A stretch of 35,611 nt of DNA from a virus (lineage: Duplodnaviria > Caudoviricetes): IMG/VR virus record IMGVR_UViG_3300012682_000004, positions 1 through 35,611 of that record, one strand, 5' to 3'. The translations under genes and the position numbers were made by a program. The notes under the pieces are model-generated. The model did not search any database. It was not told the origin of the DNA and saw only the letters and a program-made list of their open reading frames with translations. Shown piece after piece: positions 25,944 to 35,205 of the stretch (position 1 is its first letter; every line of letters starts with the position of its first letter).

Positions 25944-26810
25944 CTAGTATGTTCCGAAGACCTGTATAACGTCAGTTGAAGCGGGTGCTGTAAAGCCGGT
26001 TGTAAATGTCAGAGTTGTACCGGATAGGGTGTAGTCATTCGACGCGCCAGGGTTAAGTATTTGACCGTTGATAATGACTTGTTCTGAACTGGCGGTTAGG
26101 CTGTTAGCTAGGGTGAATGTTTTGTTAGTGCCATCTTGTGTACCGGTGACAGTTGTTCGCTTGAATGTGGCGGCGGCTGATACGATGCCCCATGATACGT
26201 TTGTACCGTCAGACGTTAAGTATTTACCTGCGTTAGTAGCTTGTGTTGGCAGAACAGCGTTAGCCGCGCCAGCCTGAGTGGTAGCGCCTGTACCACCATT
26301 ACCTAGGGCGACAGTTCCGGTTACGTTACCAGCATTACCGGCAATGTTACCGCTTATCTGACCACCACCAATGACTTTGTTAGTTAGGGTTTGAACAGTT
26401 GATACGTCTACGATATCGGCCTGAGTTGTACCGTTACCAATTTGAAACTTAGAAGCTGAACCGGCGGCGTAGGTGATTGCGCCTATAACGGTATTAGCAT
26501 CGCCTTCAATGACTATTCCAGCACCGGCAGCTCCGGCTGTAGTACCACCATCGTTTACGGTGATTGTCTTGTCTTTGACGTTAGTATTGGTGACTGACTG
26601 GCTATCAACTGAGCCGGTAATGTTTAAGTTACCAGTTAGATTAAGGTCGCCCGCTACTGTGGCGCTACCCTTAACGTCTAAGACTACGTTAGTACTGGCG
26701 GCTACACCGTTGTTTAAGGTTAGTAATGCTTGACCAGCCGAAGCCGTTGTACCCAAGCCTACTAATCGGCCTTCGGCTTGTCTGTCTAGGTTAATCTTTG
26801 TGACTGCCAT
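25944..26810 (-). CDS. Fibre protein
   Basis: QTLTNK, NGGTGATT, DGTNKTFTL...INGQ domain. Confidence 0.8.
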   Translation of the reverse strand: MAVTKINLDRQAEGRLVGLGTTASAGQALLTLNNGVAASTNVVLDVKGSATVAGDLNLTGNLNITGSVDSQSVTNTNVKDKTITVNDGGTTAGAAGAGIVIEGDANTVIGAITYAAGSASKFQIGNGTTQADIVDVSTVQTLTNKVIGGGQISGNIAGNAGNVTGTVALGNGGTGATTQAGAANAVLPTQATNAGKYLTSDGTNVSWGIVSAAATFKRTTVTGTQDGTNKTFTLANSLTASSEQVIINGQILNPGASNDYTLSGTTLTFTTGFTAPASTDVIQVFGTY

Positions 26811-26834
26811 GATTTATTCCTTATCTTATGTTGT

Positions 26835-27233
26835 TTATGGTTGGTTGTAAACTAATGTAATTGAGTCACCCGTTATCGGGGCGGTATCAAAGGTGAATGT
26901 AGTAGTTGAAGTTTGAGTGATGAAGCCTTCTTTAAGGCCATTCAAGAATACCTGTAAGCTACCAATAGTGTAGGCGGTTGGAGTTGTGAACAATGTTCTG
27001 ACTCCGTTTGGTAGCTCGTTTGGGATGCCTGTGGTTGATATGCTACCGCTGTGGGTATGAATTGTATCGGCTTTGGCGTTGATAGCCGTCTGAGTAGCGG
27101 CTGTTACAGGTAACGTACTTATCGGCGTCTTAGAGTAGGCCAATGTGGTGGGGTCTTGTAATAACAAAAATTCAGCACCAGTTACGTTAGCGTCTGTGCT
27201 GAATTGGTCTATTCTTTTTTCACCGATAGCCAT
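26835..27233 (-). CDS. Small fibre protein
   Basis: KAD..HTH knot; C-terminal domain shared with 25944-26810. Confidence 0.75.
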   Translation of the reverse strand: MAIGEKRIDQFSTDANVTGAEFLLLQDPTTLAYSKTPISTLPVTAATQTAINAKADTIHTHSGSISTTGIPNELPNGVRTLFTTPTAYTIGSLQVFLNGLKEGFITQTSTTTFTFDTAPITGDSITLVYNQP

Positions 27234-27275
27234 AAGCTAATCCAAGTCTTTCGTTTCGTATTAGTTTAATGAACT

Positions 27276-27306
27276 GCTGGCACCTCTAGTAGTAAGAGGT
27301 GCCAGC
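27276..27306 (-). terminator. 12-bp perfect hairpin ending the capsid operon
   Basis: GCTGGCACCTCT/AGAGGTGCCAGC; no clear U-tract. Confidence 0.55.
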
Positions 27307-27312
27307 CTGTGC

Positions 27313-27711
27313 CTAGTTAGGCTTGAAATCTCCGGCGGCTGAACCTTTCAGTGTGACGCCTATTTCTTCAGCTCGTTTGGCTAGGTCGTCGAGCGACTGG
27401 CCGGTCATAGCTGAAATCGTGAATGCGTTGGTACTGTTAAGTAGTTGAAAATCAACCTCATGCTTCTTAGTAGTCCGGTTACGCAAGTCACTGTTGACAT
27501 CATTCATTTGGGTTCGGAGTTGTTCGCCAAGTGGTAGCTTGTTGAACTCATCTTTGGGCATACCGTGTTTCAAGCCGTTGTCGGCGTCGTCCTTGATAGC
27601 TTTCTGGCGAGCTTCTTCAGCCGTAAGCTGTTTAGCGGCCAGTTCGCTTTCAAATGTTCCGTTGGCGGCGGCCTGTTCGTTAGCTTTATCAGCGGGTGTA
27701 GGTTTTCCCAT
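27313..27711 (-). CDS. Hypothetical protein after the capsid gene
   Basis: SD AAGGAG. Confidence 0.8.
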   Translation of the reverse strand: MGKPTPADKANEQAAANGTFESELAAKQLTAEEARQKAIKDDADNGLKHGMPKDEFNKLPLGEQLRTQMNDVNSDLRNRTTKKHEVDFQLLNSTNAFTISAMTGQSLDDLAKRAEEIGVTLKGSAAGDFKPN

Positions 27712-27753
27712 GTAGTACTCCTTATGGTGGAGGAGGGACTAGACCCTCACTCC

Positions 27754-28599
27754 TTAGACAAAGTTAATATTGACGGCAGTGTTTGTGCGCTGGGCTGCGA
27801 CACCGTAAATGACATCAGACCGTTGCTCAAACGCACCAGAACGGACGTTATCCCAACCAGTAACTGATACATCACGTTGCAAACCGAGAGCAACAGACTG
27901 TTTGTGGAACATCAAAGCGGTTCCAGCTGGAATGTTGTTAGATACCCGAACTTCGACTCCGTAGAGTACCAGGACGCGACCAGAAACAACCGGCTTGCCG
28001 TTACCGTCCATGATGTAGTCACTTGAGCTGAAACGTGTCTCGGCCAAAATGTCGTTAAAGCCATCAGGGTTAACTGCTAATGTGACATTTTCCCAGTCGA
28101 TAACATCGTTTTCACCGAGTTTCTGGATAGCTTGGCGGATTTTGGCGTCGGTTAAACCAGTTGCGGCGGCGGCTAGTGTGAAACTAACGCCACCAGCCGT
28201 GACAGCAGCGTTAATAGCTGTGACACAGGATTGGTCAATGGCATCCTTCAGTACGTATGCAGCGTCCTGGGTGTACTTAGTACGTAGGTTGAACTTACTC
28301 TGAACATCTAACAGTTTGTAGATTTGGTGAGCTTTGTACTTCCATTGGTCAATAGCTAATGTGATAGCTGTTTCGCTAGCTGAGTCAAATGTGACGTCAG
28401 TACCTTGAACCAATGTACGAGCTGAACCGGAGCTGGAGAATGGAACAATCTTTAAAGATTGACCGTATTCTTTGACTTCATCGTCGTAGCGGTCTACGCG
28501 GTCAGCGACAACTAGGCTCTTTTTTAAGTAGTCGAGTGTGTCGGCAGCCCATACTATGGGGCGGTAATCGGAGTGAGTTGCGGTGGTTGATCCAGCCAT
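27754..28599 (-). CDS. Major capsid protein (P22-coat-like)
   Basis: P.VWA...L..L, GQSLKI, ITLAIDQWKY, LYGVEVRVSNN, DVIYGV; synteny. Confidence 0.88.
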   Translation of the reverse strand: MAGSTTATHSDYRPIVWAADTLDYLKKSLVVADRVDRYDDEVKEYGQSLKIVPFSSSGSARTLVQGTDVTFDSASETAITLAIDQWKYKAHQIYKLLDVQSKFNLRTKYTQDAAYVLKDAIDQSCVTAINAAVTAGGVSFTLAAAATGLTDAKIRQAIQKLGENDVIDWENVTLAVNPDGFNDILAETRFSSSDYIMDGNGKPVVSGRVLVLYGVEVRVSNNIPAGTALMFHKQSVALGLQRDVSVTGWDNVRSGAFEQRSDVIYGVAAQRTNTAVNINFV

Positions 28600-28633
28600 T
28601 TTGTTTAATTCCTTGAGTGGTTAGTTTGCTTTG

Positions 28634-29389
28634 TTAGAGCAAGCCAGCGACAATCTGTTGAGTTTCAGGTTTAGCGCGTTCAGCGGCACTGAGGTTGCTG
28701 TACCATTGGTCTAAGTTTGCCTTTGTCGGTCCGGAGTTGCCCAACGCACTGGTTGTAGCAGTTCCGGTGACGGCTTTAGCTTGCTGTTTATCAGCGAGCT
28801 GCTGGAGCGCTTCTTTACCACCCTGCGATTTAAGACTATTGGCGACTTGGGGGTCGCTACCGCGAGCCATGCTGTGCAAATCATTAAGACTCAGGTATCC
28901 GGCGGATACGAGCTGACCTATTTCGGGCTTGTCTGTGACGATTTTTGACATCGTGGCTTCCAGTTCTTTTGCTTCGGGGTTACTACTAAAAAAGTCGTTA
29001 ACGCTGTTCTGTAGTTTAATGCCCTGTATGTCGGCTTGGAGCCTAGTGGCTACATCCGGGTCTATCAGGCTGTCTACTGCATTGTTGTGCGTTTCGCTTA
29101 GTGATTTTTGTAACTCCGACGCTTTCGCAGTCGAGTTGTGCATGTTCCGTTCAGCGTTCCGGTACATTTCAGCTACTTTGCTGAGTGCTTCGGGGCTATT
29201 CGGGTCGATGCCTTTGCTCTGTAACCAGTCGAGTGAGTTGTCGTCTTGTGACGGCTCAGATTCTTCGGTTGTGGTAGTCGCTTGGTCGGCGGTAGAGTTG
29301 TCCGCCGTACCAGCATCAGCGCTAACTGGTTGTGTCGAATCGACGCCAGTATCTTCTGTAGTGGTTTCGGTTGTGGTGTTTTCTTCCAT
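28634..29389 (-). CDS. Scaffolding protein
   Basis: Acidic N-terminus and coiled coil; SD AAGGAG before ATG 29389 (not 29443). Confidence 0.8.
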   Translation of the reverse strand: MEENTTTETTTEDTGVDSTQPVSADAGTADNSTADQATTTTEESEPSQDDNSLDWLQSKGIDPNSPEALSKVAEMYRNAERNMHNSTAKASELQKSLSETHNNAVDSLIDPDVATRLQADIQGIKLQNSVNDFFSSNPEAKELEATMSKIVTDKPEIGQLVSAGYLSLNDLHSMARGSDPQVANSLKSQGGKEALQQLADKQQAKAVTGTATTSALGNSGPTKANLDQWYSNLSAAERAKPETQQIVAGLL

Positions 29390-29426
29390 GACCTTCTCCT
29401 TAATTAAGTTAATAAAAGCAGTTCGC

Positions 29427-29601
29427 CCTAGACGCAGCCCCACCTAACGGGGTAGCCGGGGAGAGTTCCTCTCCTAGCAATATGCTTTTAATTTCATAAT
29501 TACTATAGAGGCTGCGCTTTAGGTTGTGACCGGGGTATTACCCCCGCTGTGATGGCCTACAAGTGAGAAAATGGCATAGGCCGCCACAGTGGAGGTGATA
29601 C
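29427..29601 (-). ncRNA. Structured RNA element upstream of the scaffold gene
   Basis: Long hairpin 29535-29601 plus multibranch domain 29427-29523; wobble pairs favour the minus strand. Confidence 0.6.
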
Positions 29602-29604
29602 GGG

Positions 29605-29862
29605 CTACATGACGAGTTTGTCCCGCTTAAAGTAGCCACTATCCTTCAGCTTCTTACGTTCTTCAAGCCAGTTAATAGCGTATTTCAGGCCGGTGGCTTG
29701 GTTAATCAGGCGGGCTTGTTTGGCTGGGTCACCTTCACTTTCGGCTTGTTGGTGCAGTCCGTTGTATTGCAAGCCGAGTTGTTGCATGTAGAACTTACCG
29801 CCCTCATTTTCTAAAAAGCTACTAACTAGGTCAGCTAGGTCTTCTTGGTTAGGTGTAGACAT
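29605..29862 (-). CDS. Small conserved-position protein after the portal
   Basis: F...EGGK motif; TAATG coupling. Confidence 0.75.
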   Translation of the reverse strand: MSTPNQEDLADLVSSFLENEGGKFYMQQLGLQYNGLHQQAESEGDPAKQARLINQATGLKYAINWLEERKKLKDSGYFKRDKLVM

Positions 29863-31661
29863 TACAATCCTCCTCCGGCTAGCAGTAGGTCACTCAGGGC
29901 GGCATCGGAGTTACTAACAGGAGTTGGTAGTCCTTGAATAGCCCCGATGTCTATTAGTTCGGGTGGCAGTTCTGGCGGTAATTGTTCCATGTTAGGGTCA
30001 ATTGGTAATTCTTCGCCTACTGGTGCGCCCTCCTCTGGTAATGCACCGGCTGGAGCCATGCCGGGCTGTTCTGGCTTAGTTGCGCCGATAATCCGGTCAA
30101 GTTCTTCTTCGTTTAGGTCGAACATTTTGGCATAGAGTATCTTTTTAGCTTCCCACAGGTCGTTGGTGGGGTCTTGGATGATAGCCTGAAATGCCATTGT
30201 AGCTTTATCGGACGTTTGACTCTGATTGAGCTTAACGCTGGCTTCTAGTTGTATTTTAGGCTCGTAAGTATCATCAAACTGTGACGGATCGTACTGCCGG
30301 AACTTAGGGCCGTCCATGCTGATGATAGGGATGAGCTGTTTGTCTTTGACGTAGCGTAACATGAGGGTGTAGACAATCTTAGCTCGTTGGTAGAAGGCTT
30401 CTTTTTCTAGCATCCGGACGTATAGGCCAAACCGTTGACCAGCTTGGGCGACTTGAGTGTTGATTTCAGTCGCTGTGGCATTACCGTCACCAGCCACACC
30501 TTGAATGATTTGGTCAGCGGCAGTGGCTTCTCTGATTTCGTTCTTCATGTTCTGGCGTTCGTTAAAGGCTTGAGGACTGATTGGGTTCTTAGCTACCTGT
30601 TGCAGTGAGCCGGGTTTGAATGGGTGGATTGTGCCGGGTGCGGTAGTTAAGTTTTCTAAAGCATCTAAGTACATTGGGTCAAGTTCCCAATTAGGCATAA
30701 GTTGGTCTGTGACGGCATCAACTGACTGGTTGGTGACATCGTTTAGAAGCTCTTGAGGGGCGGCAATCGGGTCGATGATAGATTTACCGTAGATAACGTT
30801 CTCATCGGCTATGAAGCGGTGTATGACTAGGTTGTGTATGCCCTCAATGTTGGGTCGCTTCTCAATCGTTACACAACGGTTAGCGATAGAGATAATATGT
30901 TCACCGTCGTTAATCTCTATGATTTCTATCAGGTCTTTGTTCTCACCAACTGAGCCGAGTAGCATTTCTTTGACTTCTTTTTCGGTATGTTCAGTCGCGC
31001 CGTAGCCTGGACGGACTTTTTCTAGGTTCTTGTAGCGTTTTTTGAGCTTGCCTGTTTCTGGGTCGGCTAGTTCCTCATTCTCAAGGGCTGTTTTGGTAGT
31101 CATGTAGCGCCGACCAGAGTAAAAGTCTTTAGGGTGAGTAATTAATTGCATTGGGTCGGATAAGTTCGGGTCAATAATAGCGTCACGAACACTCAGGTTG
31201 ATGATACGAGGCTTGTCACCGTCCCAATAGACGTATTCAGTCGCTGTACCGTATATCAGGCCACTACGAATAGTCTTGATGCTCTTTAAGTCCCAGTTAT
31301 CACACTCCCAGAAGTAGTCAAATTGAGCGTTCAGGGCTTTGAGGTCTGGTTTTTTACCACTCTCGTAGTAGTTCATTATGTACTTGTACATGTCTTGAGG
31401 TACGAAGTCGATGCTAGGCCGACCAGCGCCTAATGCGGCTGTAATGGTTTCAACGCTAGAGAATGTCATCGGCACAAAGGTGTTAGTTATACCCTCATAG
31501 CTGACGTTAGTTCGCTTGTTGTTGTAGAGGCTCCAGTTACGGCTCCAGCGTTGGTGATGATTTTTTTGGGCGTAGTCCCATGAGGCTTTGAATTTATCAA
31601 CCGAAGTCTTGGCTGATTTCATTATGTTTTGTTTGTTGGCCGTATCAGGCATAGATAACAT
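29862..31661 (-). CDS. Portal protein (P22-like)
   Basis: FVPMTFS.VET, YGKSIID...PQ..LN...NQ..D, TATEI; start may be 31652. Confidence 0.9.
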   Translation of the reverse strand: MLSMPDTANKQNIMKSAKTSVDKFKASWDYAQKNHHQRWSRNWSLYNNKRTNVSYEGITNTFVPMTFSSVETITAALGAGRPSIDFVPQDMYKYIMNYYESGKKPDLKALNAQFDYFWECDNWDLKSIKTIRSGLIYGTATEYVYWDGDKPRIINLSVRDAIIDPNLSDPMQLITHPKDFYSGRRYMTTKTALENEELADPETGKLKKRYKNLEKVRPGYGATEHTEKEVKEMLLGSVGENKDLIEIIEINDGEHIISIANRCVTIEKRPNIEGIHNLVIHRFIADENVIYGKSIIDPIAAPQELLNDVTNQSVDAVTDQLMPNWELDPMYLDALENLTTAPGTIHPFKPGSLQQVAKNPISPQAFNERQNMKNEIREATAADQIIQGVAGDGNATATEINTQVAQAGQRFGLYVRMLEKEAFYQRAKIVYTLMLRYVKDKQLIPIISMDGPKFRQYDPSQFDDTYEPKIQLEASVKLNQSQTSDKATMAFQAIIQDPTNDLWEAKKILYAKMFDLNEEELDRIIGATKPEQPGMAPAGALPEEGAPVGEELPIDPNMEQLPPELPPELIDIGAIQGLPTPVSNSDAALSDLLLAGGGL

Positions 31662-31735
31662 GCACCGTTGTTAACCTTAATGTTGTGAATTGTAACAAAC
31701 ATAACCGTAAAAGCAAAATATTTAACATTTACAGT

Positions 31736-32932
31736 TTAATGCCATTGTGATTTGCGTTGGGAAACCCAGCTTGGCGTTCGGCTTTTAGCTATGACTTGGC
31801 TGGGTCTGAGCGACTCTAGGGCGTAGCGGGCGGCGTCTAGGGCGTGGTCTCGGCCACCTTCCGGTATAGATAAGATTGTGCCATTGCGGTCAGTCTTCCA
31901 GAAGTACTGGCGGTACTCTTTGATTAAGTTGTAGCTATGACGAGTAATACTGATTCTTTGAGCTTGCATGTGTTTAATACTACGGTTGAGTGAGCCGGGA
32001 CCTTTTTCGGCACCGACTATCCCTACCCCATACTCAGCTATTTCATCAATCGACTTCGGTTCGGCACTGTCAGCGATGACTAAGGTATGGCTGTCAGTCA
32101 TATTCTTCAAGAACTGAGCAATAGCATTGTTACTAAAGCCGACTTGATACAGCTTCTCGTCCAGGATGTAGCCGCCATTATGGTAGTAGATGTCCACAAT
32201 AGCTGTCGGGTCTTGACTGTAGCCAAAGTCCATACCACGCCGTTCTAGGCGGGCTTCGTGCGGCACCTCGTCAATAATGTTCCAGCCAGTATATATCCGA
32301 CCCTCAACCTCACCAAGTTGGCCGAGGCCGTAGACTTGCCACCAGCCTTTGTTTTGTTGGTGTGATTCAATTTCATTTATGGTGACTTGATCGAGCGCTT
32401 CGTTGTCTTTGTAGGTTAAGGTAATGAAGTCTATGTCGGTTCGGTTCGGTTTCATCTCGGTATAGAACCAAAACTCCTCGCTTGGGTTCCAGTCCAGCCA
32501 GACCGTCTTCCTGGTTCGAGTAATCAGTTGGTCAACTATTTTGTAATCTAAGTTGTTGCACTCGTTGACGTAGAGTATGTCACGCCTAGGGCCGTGTGCC
32601 TTGCCGTAAGTATCAACTGCCATAAACTGTATCTCGTTACCGGCTTCAGTCGTGTAGATATGTTTTGTGCCATGCCATAGTTCATCATTCCAGTAGCCGG
32701 AGTCTTTCATAATGTTCATAAAGTCCCTCATAGCGCCACCTTCTAGGTGTGGGTATGACTCACTGACGATAGTAATTAGCTGCGGAGTACTATGTTTAAC
32801 TTGAGCGTAGTCAATCAGCCAGAACAGTATTGATATGGTCTTACTGGCGCTCGTACCACCGGCAACGGCTCTGATACGGCCTTTCATAGCAAAGATTTTG
32901 TCGGTGGCGGTGGTTTTTTTATAGGTTGGCAT
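31736..32932 (-). CDS. terL: Terminase large subunit (PBSX-type)
   Basis: GGTSASKT, ILYVNE, LDWNP, GMDFGY, ADSAEP, DHALDAARY. Confidence 0.95.
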   Translation of the reverse strand: MPTYKKTTATDKIFAMKGRIRAVAGGTSASKTISILFWLIDYAQVKHSTPQLITIVSESYPHLEGGAMRDFMNIMKDSGYWNDELWHGTKHIYTTEAGNEIQFMAVDTYGKAHGPRRDILYVNECNNLDYKIVDQLITRTRKTVWLDWNPSEEFWFYTEMKPNRTDIDFITLTYKDNEALDQVTINEIESHQQNKGWWQVYGLGQLGEVEGRIYTGWNIIDEVPHEARLERRGMDFGYSQDPTAIVDIYYHNGGYILDEKLYQVGFSNNAIAQFLKNMTDSHTLVIADSAEPKSIDEIAEYGVGIVGAEKGPGSLNRSIKHMQAQRISITRHSYNLIKEYRQYFWKTDRNGTILSIPEGGRDHALDAARYALESLRPSQVIAKSRTPSWVSQRKSQWH

Positions 32933-33062
32933 AACTAAAAACAGCCCTCAAGTGGGGCTTCTCTGTTCAATGATGTAATTTGTAAGGTGCCGGTTGTTAT
33001 CAGGTTATCGGCTTGGCATAAAGCTAGTCTGCAAGTCTGATTACAATTTAAGTGTAGCATGG

Positions 33063-33524
33063 TTAGTCTGTTTTAGCGCTATTACCGCCAAATATAGGGG
33101 TTGGGAGGACTTTACCGTCAGAGGTGAGGTCGAGTTTGTCACCGTATTTCTTGGGCTTCATCTTAGCCATGAGCCACTTACGGGTTTCTATTCTGAGCCT
33201 GTCGCGTTGGACTTGGATTGGGTTGTGCCTGTAGCCACCGGAGCCGTCTTCAATCAGTTGGTCTTCATTGTCCGCTATGTCGATAACATCTTCGGCCATA
33301 GCGTCGGCTGACTCCTGTTTGGCGCGTGTGTATTGGTCTAGAAAACTTTGGTTTGTGTGCAACCAATTAAAAACCGTACTCTTATTAGGCATTTCTTTAG
33401 CCAAGCATACAGTTCTCAAGCTAATACCCTCTGACAACTGTTCACATAATTTCGCAGCTAACTCTTGTGAATATTTAGTTGGGCGGCCGTTAATCTTCTT
33501 AACTTTGGTTGTATTCCCTGCCAT
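33063..33524 (-). CDS. terS: Terminase small subunit (Sf6-like)
   Basis: GRPTKYS, G.SLR.VC, MP..STVFNWL, RLRIETRKW...K..PKKYGDK. Confidence 0.92.
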   Translation of the reverse strand: MAGNTTKVKKINGRPTKYSQELAAKLCEQLSEGISLRTVCLAKEMPNKSTVFNWLHTNQSFLDQYTRAKQESADAMAEDVIDIADNEDQLIEDGSGGYRHNPIQVQRDRLRIETRKWLMAKMKPKKYGDKLDLTSDGKVLPTPIFGGNSAKTD

Positions 33525-33563
33525 ATTACCGCCATCATACCACTAACGCTTCAAACATACAAA

Positions 33564-33854
33564 CTACTCTTTGTTATGGGCGGTTATTTTAACATTCTCA
33601 CAGACTGGCGTAACCCCCTGCTCTACCTGGTCAAAGTCTTCGTGCAACATCCGGTAAACTACACCATTAAAGTTTAAGTCCCAGCCAACATTGTCGATGA
33701 TTGCGTTGGTTGGTATACCCTCGGCTGACAGACAGGTTGGTTGTTCACCTCGTAGATTTTCGAGTAGTGACCAGAGAACTCCTTTGTCGATGACGAATAG
33801 TTTAGCTCGGTTTTGGTCTCTTAGTTCTTCGGCGCGGTTTGGGTTGTTGTTCAT
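33564..33854 (-). CDS. Hypothetical protein, 96 aa
   Basis: ORF track. Confidence 0.75.
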   Translation of the reverse strand: MNNNPNRAEELRDQNRAKLFVIDKGVLWSLLENLRGEQPTCLSAEGIPTNAIIDNVGWDLNFNGVVYRMLHEDFDQVEQGVTPVCENVKITAHNKE

Positions 33855-33858
33855 GGTG

Positions 33859-34008
33859 TTATTTCCCTGTTGCTTTAGTTAAAATATGGTGGACAGTTTC
33901 ACCAGCTACCCATGAGGCGACGATGTTGTACTCGTCGTCTAGGAGTTCAGCTAGTTGGTTAGCAGTTTTGGTGTTTTCGACGATTAGGTAGACGGCTTGG
34001 GGGGTCAT
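33859..34008 (-). CDS. Leaderless micro-ORF, 49 aa
   Basis: TACAAT (34015-34020), 6 nt, ATG; MTPQAVYLIVEN... Confidence 0.65.
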   Translation of the reverse strand: MTPQAVYLIVENTKTANQLAELLDDEYNIVASWVAGETVHHILTKATGK

Positions 34009-34038
34009 GTGGTTATTGTACACCTTTTGGGGGTTAGG

Positions 34039-34314
34039 TTAATGGCTGAACTTGGCCTTGTTCCATTCGTTAAGTTTCCTTAATAAACTAGGACTGCTGA
34101 CTTGTTGTAGGTTGTCAGGTAGGGGACTATCCATAGCTCGACGGAACGCCACCTTAATCCAACCGGAACCGTGGTCTGGTCGCTCTAGGACGTAATACCC
34201 TATACCGGCGCTAGCCATCCCATCGATATACTTGGCCTGATCGCCAACGAATTTACCCATTACCCATTCAGTCTTCATTGGTGGGTAAGCATCCTCATAC
34301 ATATTTTGATTCAT
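34039..34314 (-). CDS. Hypothetical protein, 91 aa
   Basis: SD GAGG; overlaps the end of rep. Confidence 0.7.
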   Translation of the reverse strand: MNQNMYEDAYPPMKTEWVMGKFVGDQAKYIDGMASAGIGYYVLERPDHGSGWIKVAFRRAMDSPLPDNLQQVSSPSLLRKLNEWNKAKFSH

Positions 34315-35032
34315 CGAAAACCTCTTTCACTGCTTGTTTACTGGTGCTTGATACTGTCTGAGCGCCGTTTAAGTATTTATCTACGTTCTCGTCCGACCTG
34401 AGTAAGTAATCAATCGTGCCGTACTTCTTCCCCGCATCATTGTCGCCCATCATGTAGCCGTCAGCGGCTAGGGCTTGAGCCGAGCTGATAAGCTCCTCAT
34501 ACTTGAAAGTTTTGTTCCTGACTTTCAATTTGGTTAACCGTCCGGTGCTGAGTAATGTTGCTGGACTATGTCCCAAAATAGTTACTAATTCTGTAAACAA
34601 AGTTTTATACGTCCGTGTGGTCGGCTCGTCCGATCGCACATAAGTATTTAATGTTTTATGTTTAATGTTTAATTCTTGTTTAGTGTTACCTGGTTGTTCC
34701 CTGGTTGTTACCGCGTTGTTACCGGGTTGTTCGTCACTTGTGTTACTGTCTGACTGATATTTAGTCCAGTTACAGATTGAAATAGTGGTATATTTGTTGT
34801 TACTCTTTAGTGTTACTAATCTGTTATCCTCAAGCCTAATTAGTACCTTATATAAAGTACTTGGATTTAGGTTAGTAAGCTCGGCCAAAACGAACCGCCC
34901 AGTGTCGTATTCGCCGGTCTTGTAATTGCAGTAAGTCAGTAGTTTCGTGAACACCACATAAGCATTGTTGTCGTGGCACAAGAACTTATTATCTTCTATC
35001 TTGCGCCAGATTTTTATATACCCTTTATCCAT
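34295..35032 (-). CDS. Replication initiator / replisome organiser (lambda-O-like layout)
   Basis: GYIKIWRKI N-terminus, winged HTH, ISICNWTKYQ, iteron-encoded linker, TIDYLLR C-terminus. Confidence 0.82.
   Translation of the reverse strand: MDKGYIKIWRKIEDNKFLCHDNNAYVVFTKLLTYCNYKTGEYDTGRFVLAELTNLNPSTLYKVLIRLEDNRLVTLKSNNKYTTISICNWTKYQSDSNTSDEQPGNNAVTTREQPGNTKQELNIKHKTLNTYVRSDEPTTRTYKTLFTELVTILGHSPATLLSTGRLTKLKVRNKTFKYEELISSAQALAADGYMMGDNDAGKKYGTIDYLLRSDENVDKYLNGAQTVSSTSKQAVKEVFDESKYV
34641..34748. repeat. Putative replication origin: iterons plus AT-rich tract
   Basis: GTTGTT(A/C) units with an 11-bp period at 34692-34733, extra TGTTAC copies, AT-rich 34641-34680. Confidence 0.65.
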
Positions 35033-35060
35033 AAAGAAAAACACCCTCTCTAGGAGGGTG
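35033..35060 (-). terminator. Terminator-like hairpin directly before the rep ATG
   Basis: CACCCTC-5 nt-GAGGGTG then TTTTTCTTT ATG. Confidence 0.7.
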
Positions 35061-35179
35061 CAATTCGTCTGTTATATCGCTGCTATAAATGTAGCAGTAA
35101 TAATGGCGCTTGTCCACCCTCAAATTAGTTAATTTTTTGGGAGATCAAGTTATAGCGATATAACGTGACTCTTAGTTGC

Positions 35180-35188
35180 AGTATACCA
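35180..35188 (-). promoter_or_regulatory. Extended -10 promoter of rep
   Basis: TGGTATACT. Confidence 0.65.
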
Positions 35189-35205
35189 CAAGCGAAATAT
35201 CCATC

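Noticed and set aside
22382-27233. Diversity-generating retroelement or invertible fibre cassette
   Set aside because: No reverse transcriptase or invertase recognised, and no template/variable repeat pair noticed
27729-27753. Terminator right after the capsid gene
   Set aside because: The hairpin lacks a U-tract and an SD follows directly; more likely a stability or pause element
15379-33882. Many plus-strand ORFs across the virion module
   Set aside because: Antisense shadows of Ala/Thr/Gly-rich genes with no RBS or motifs
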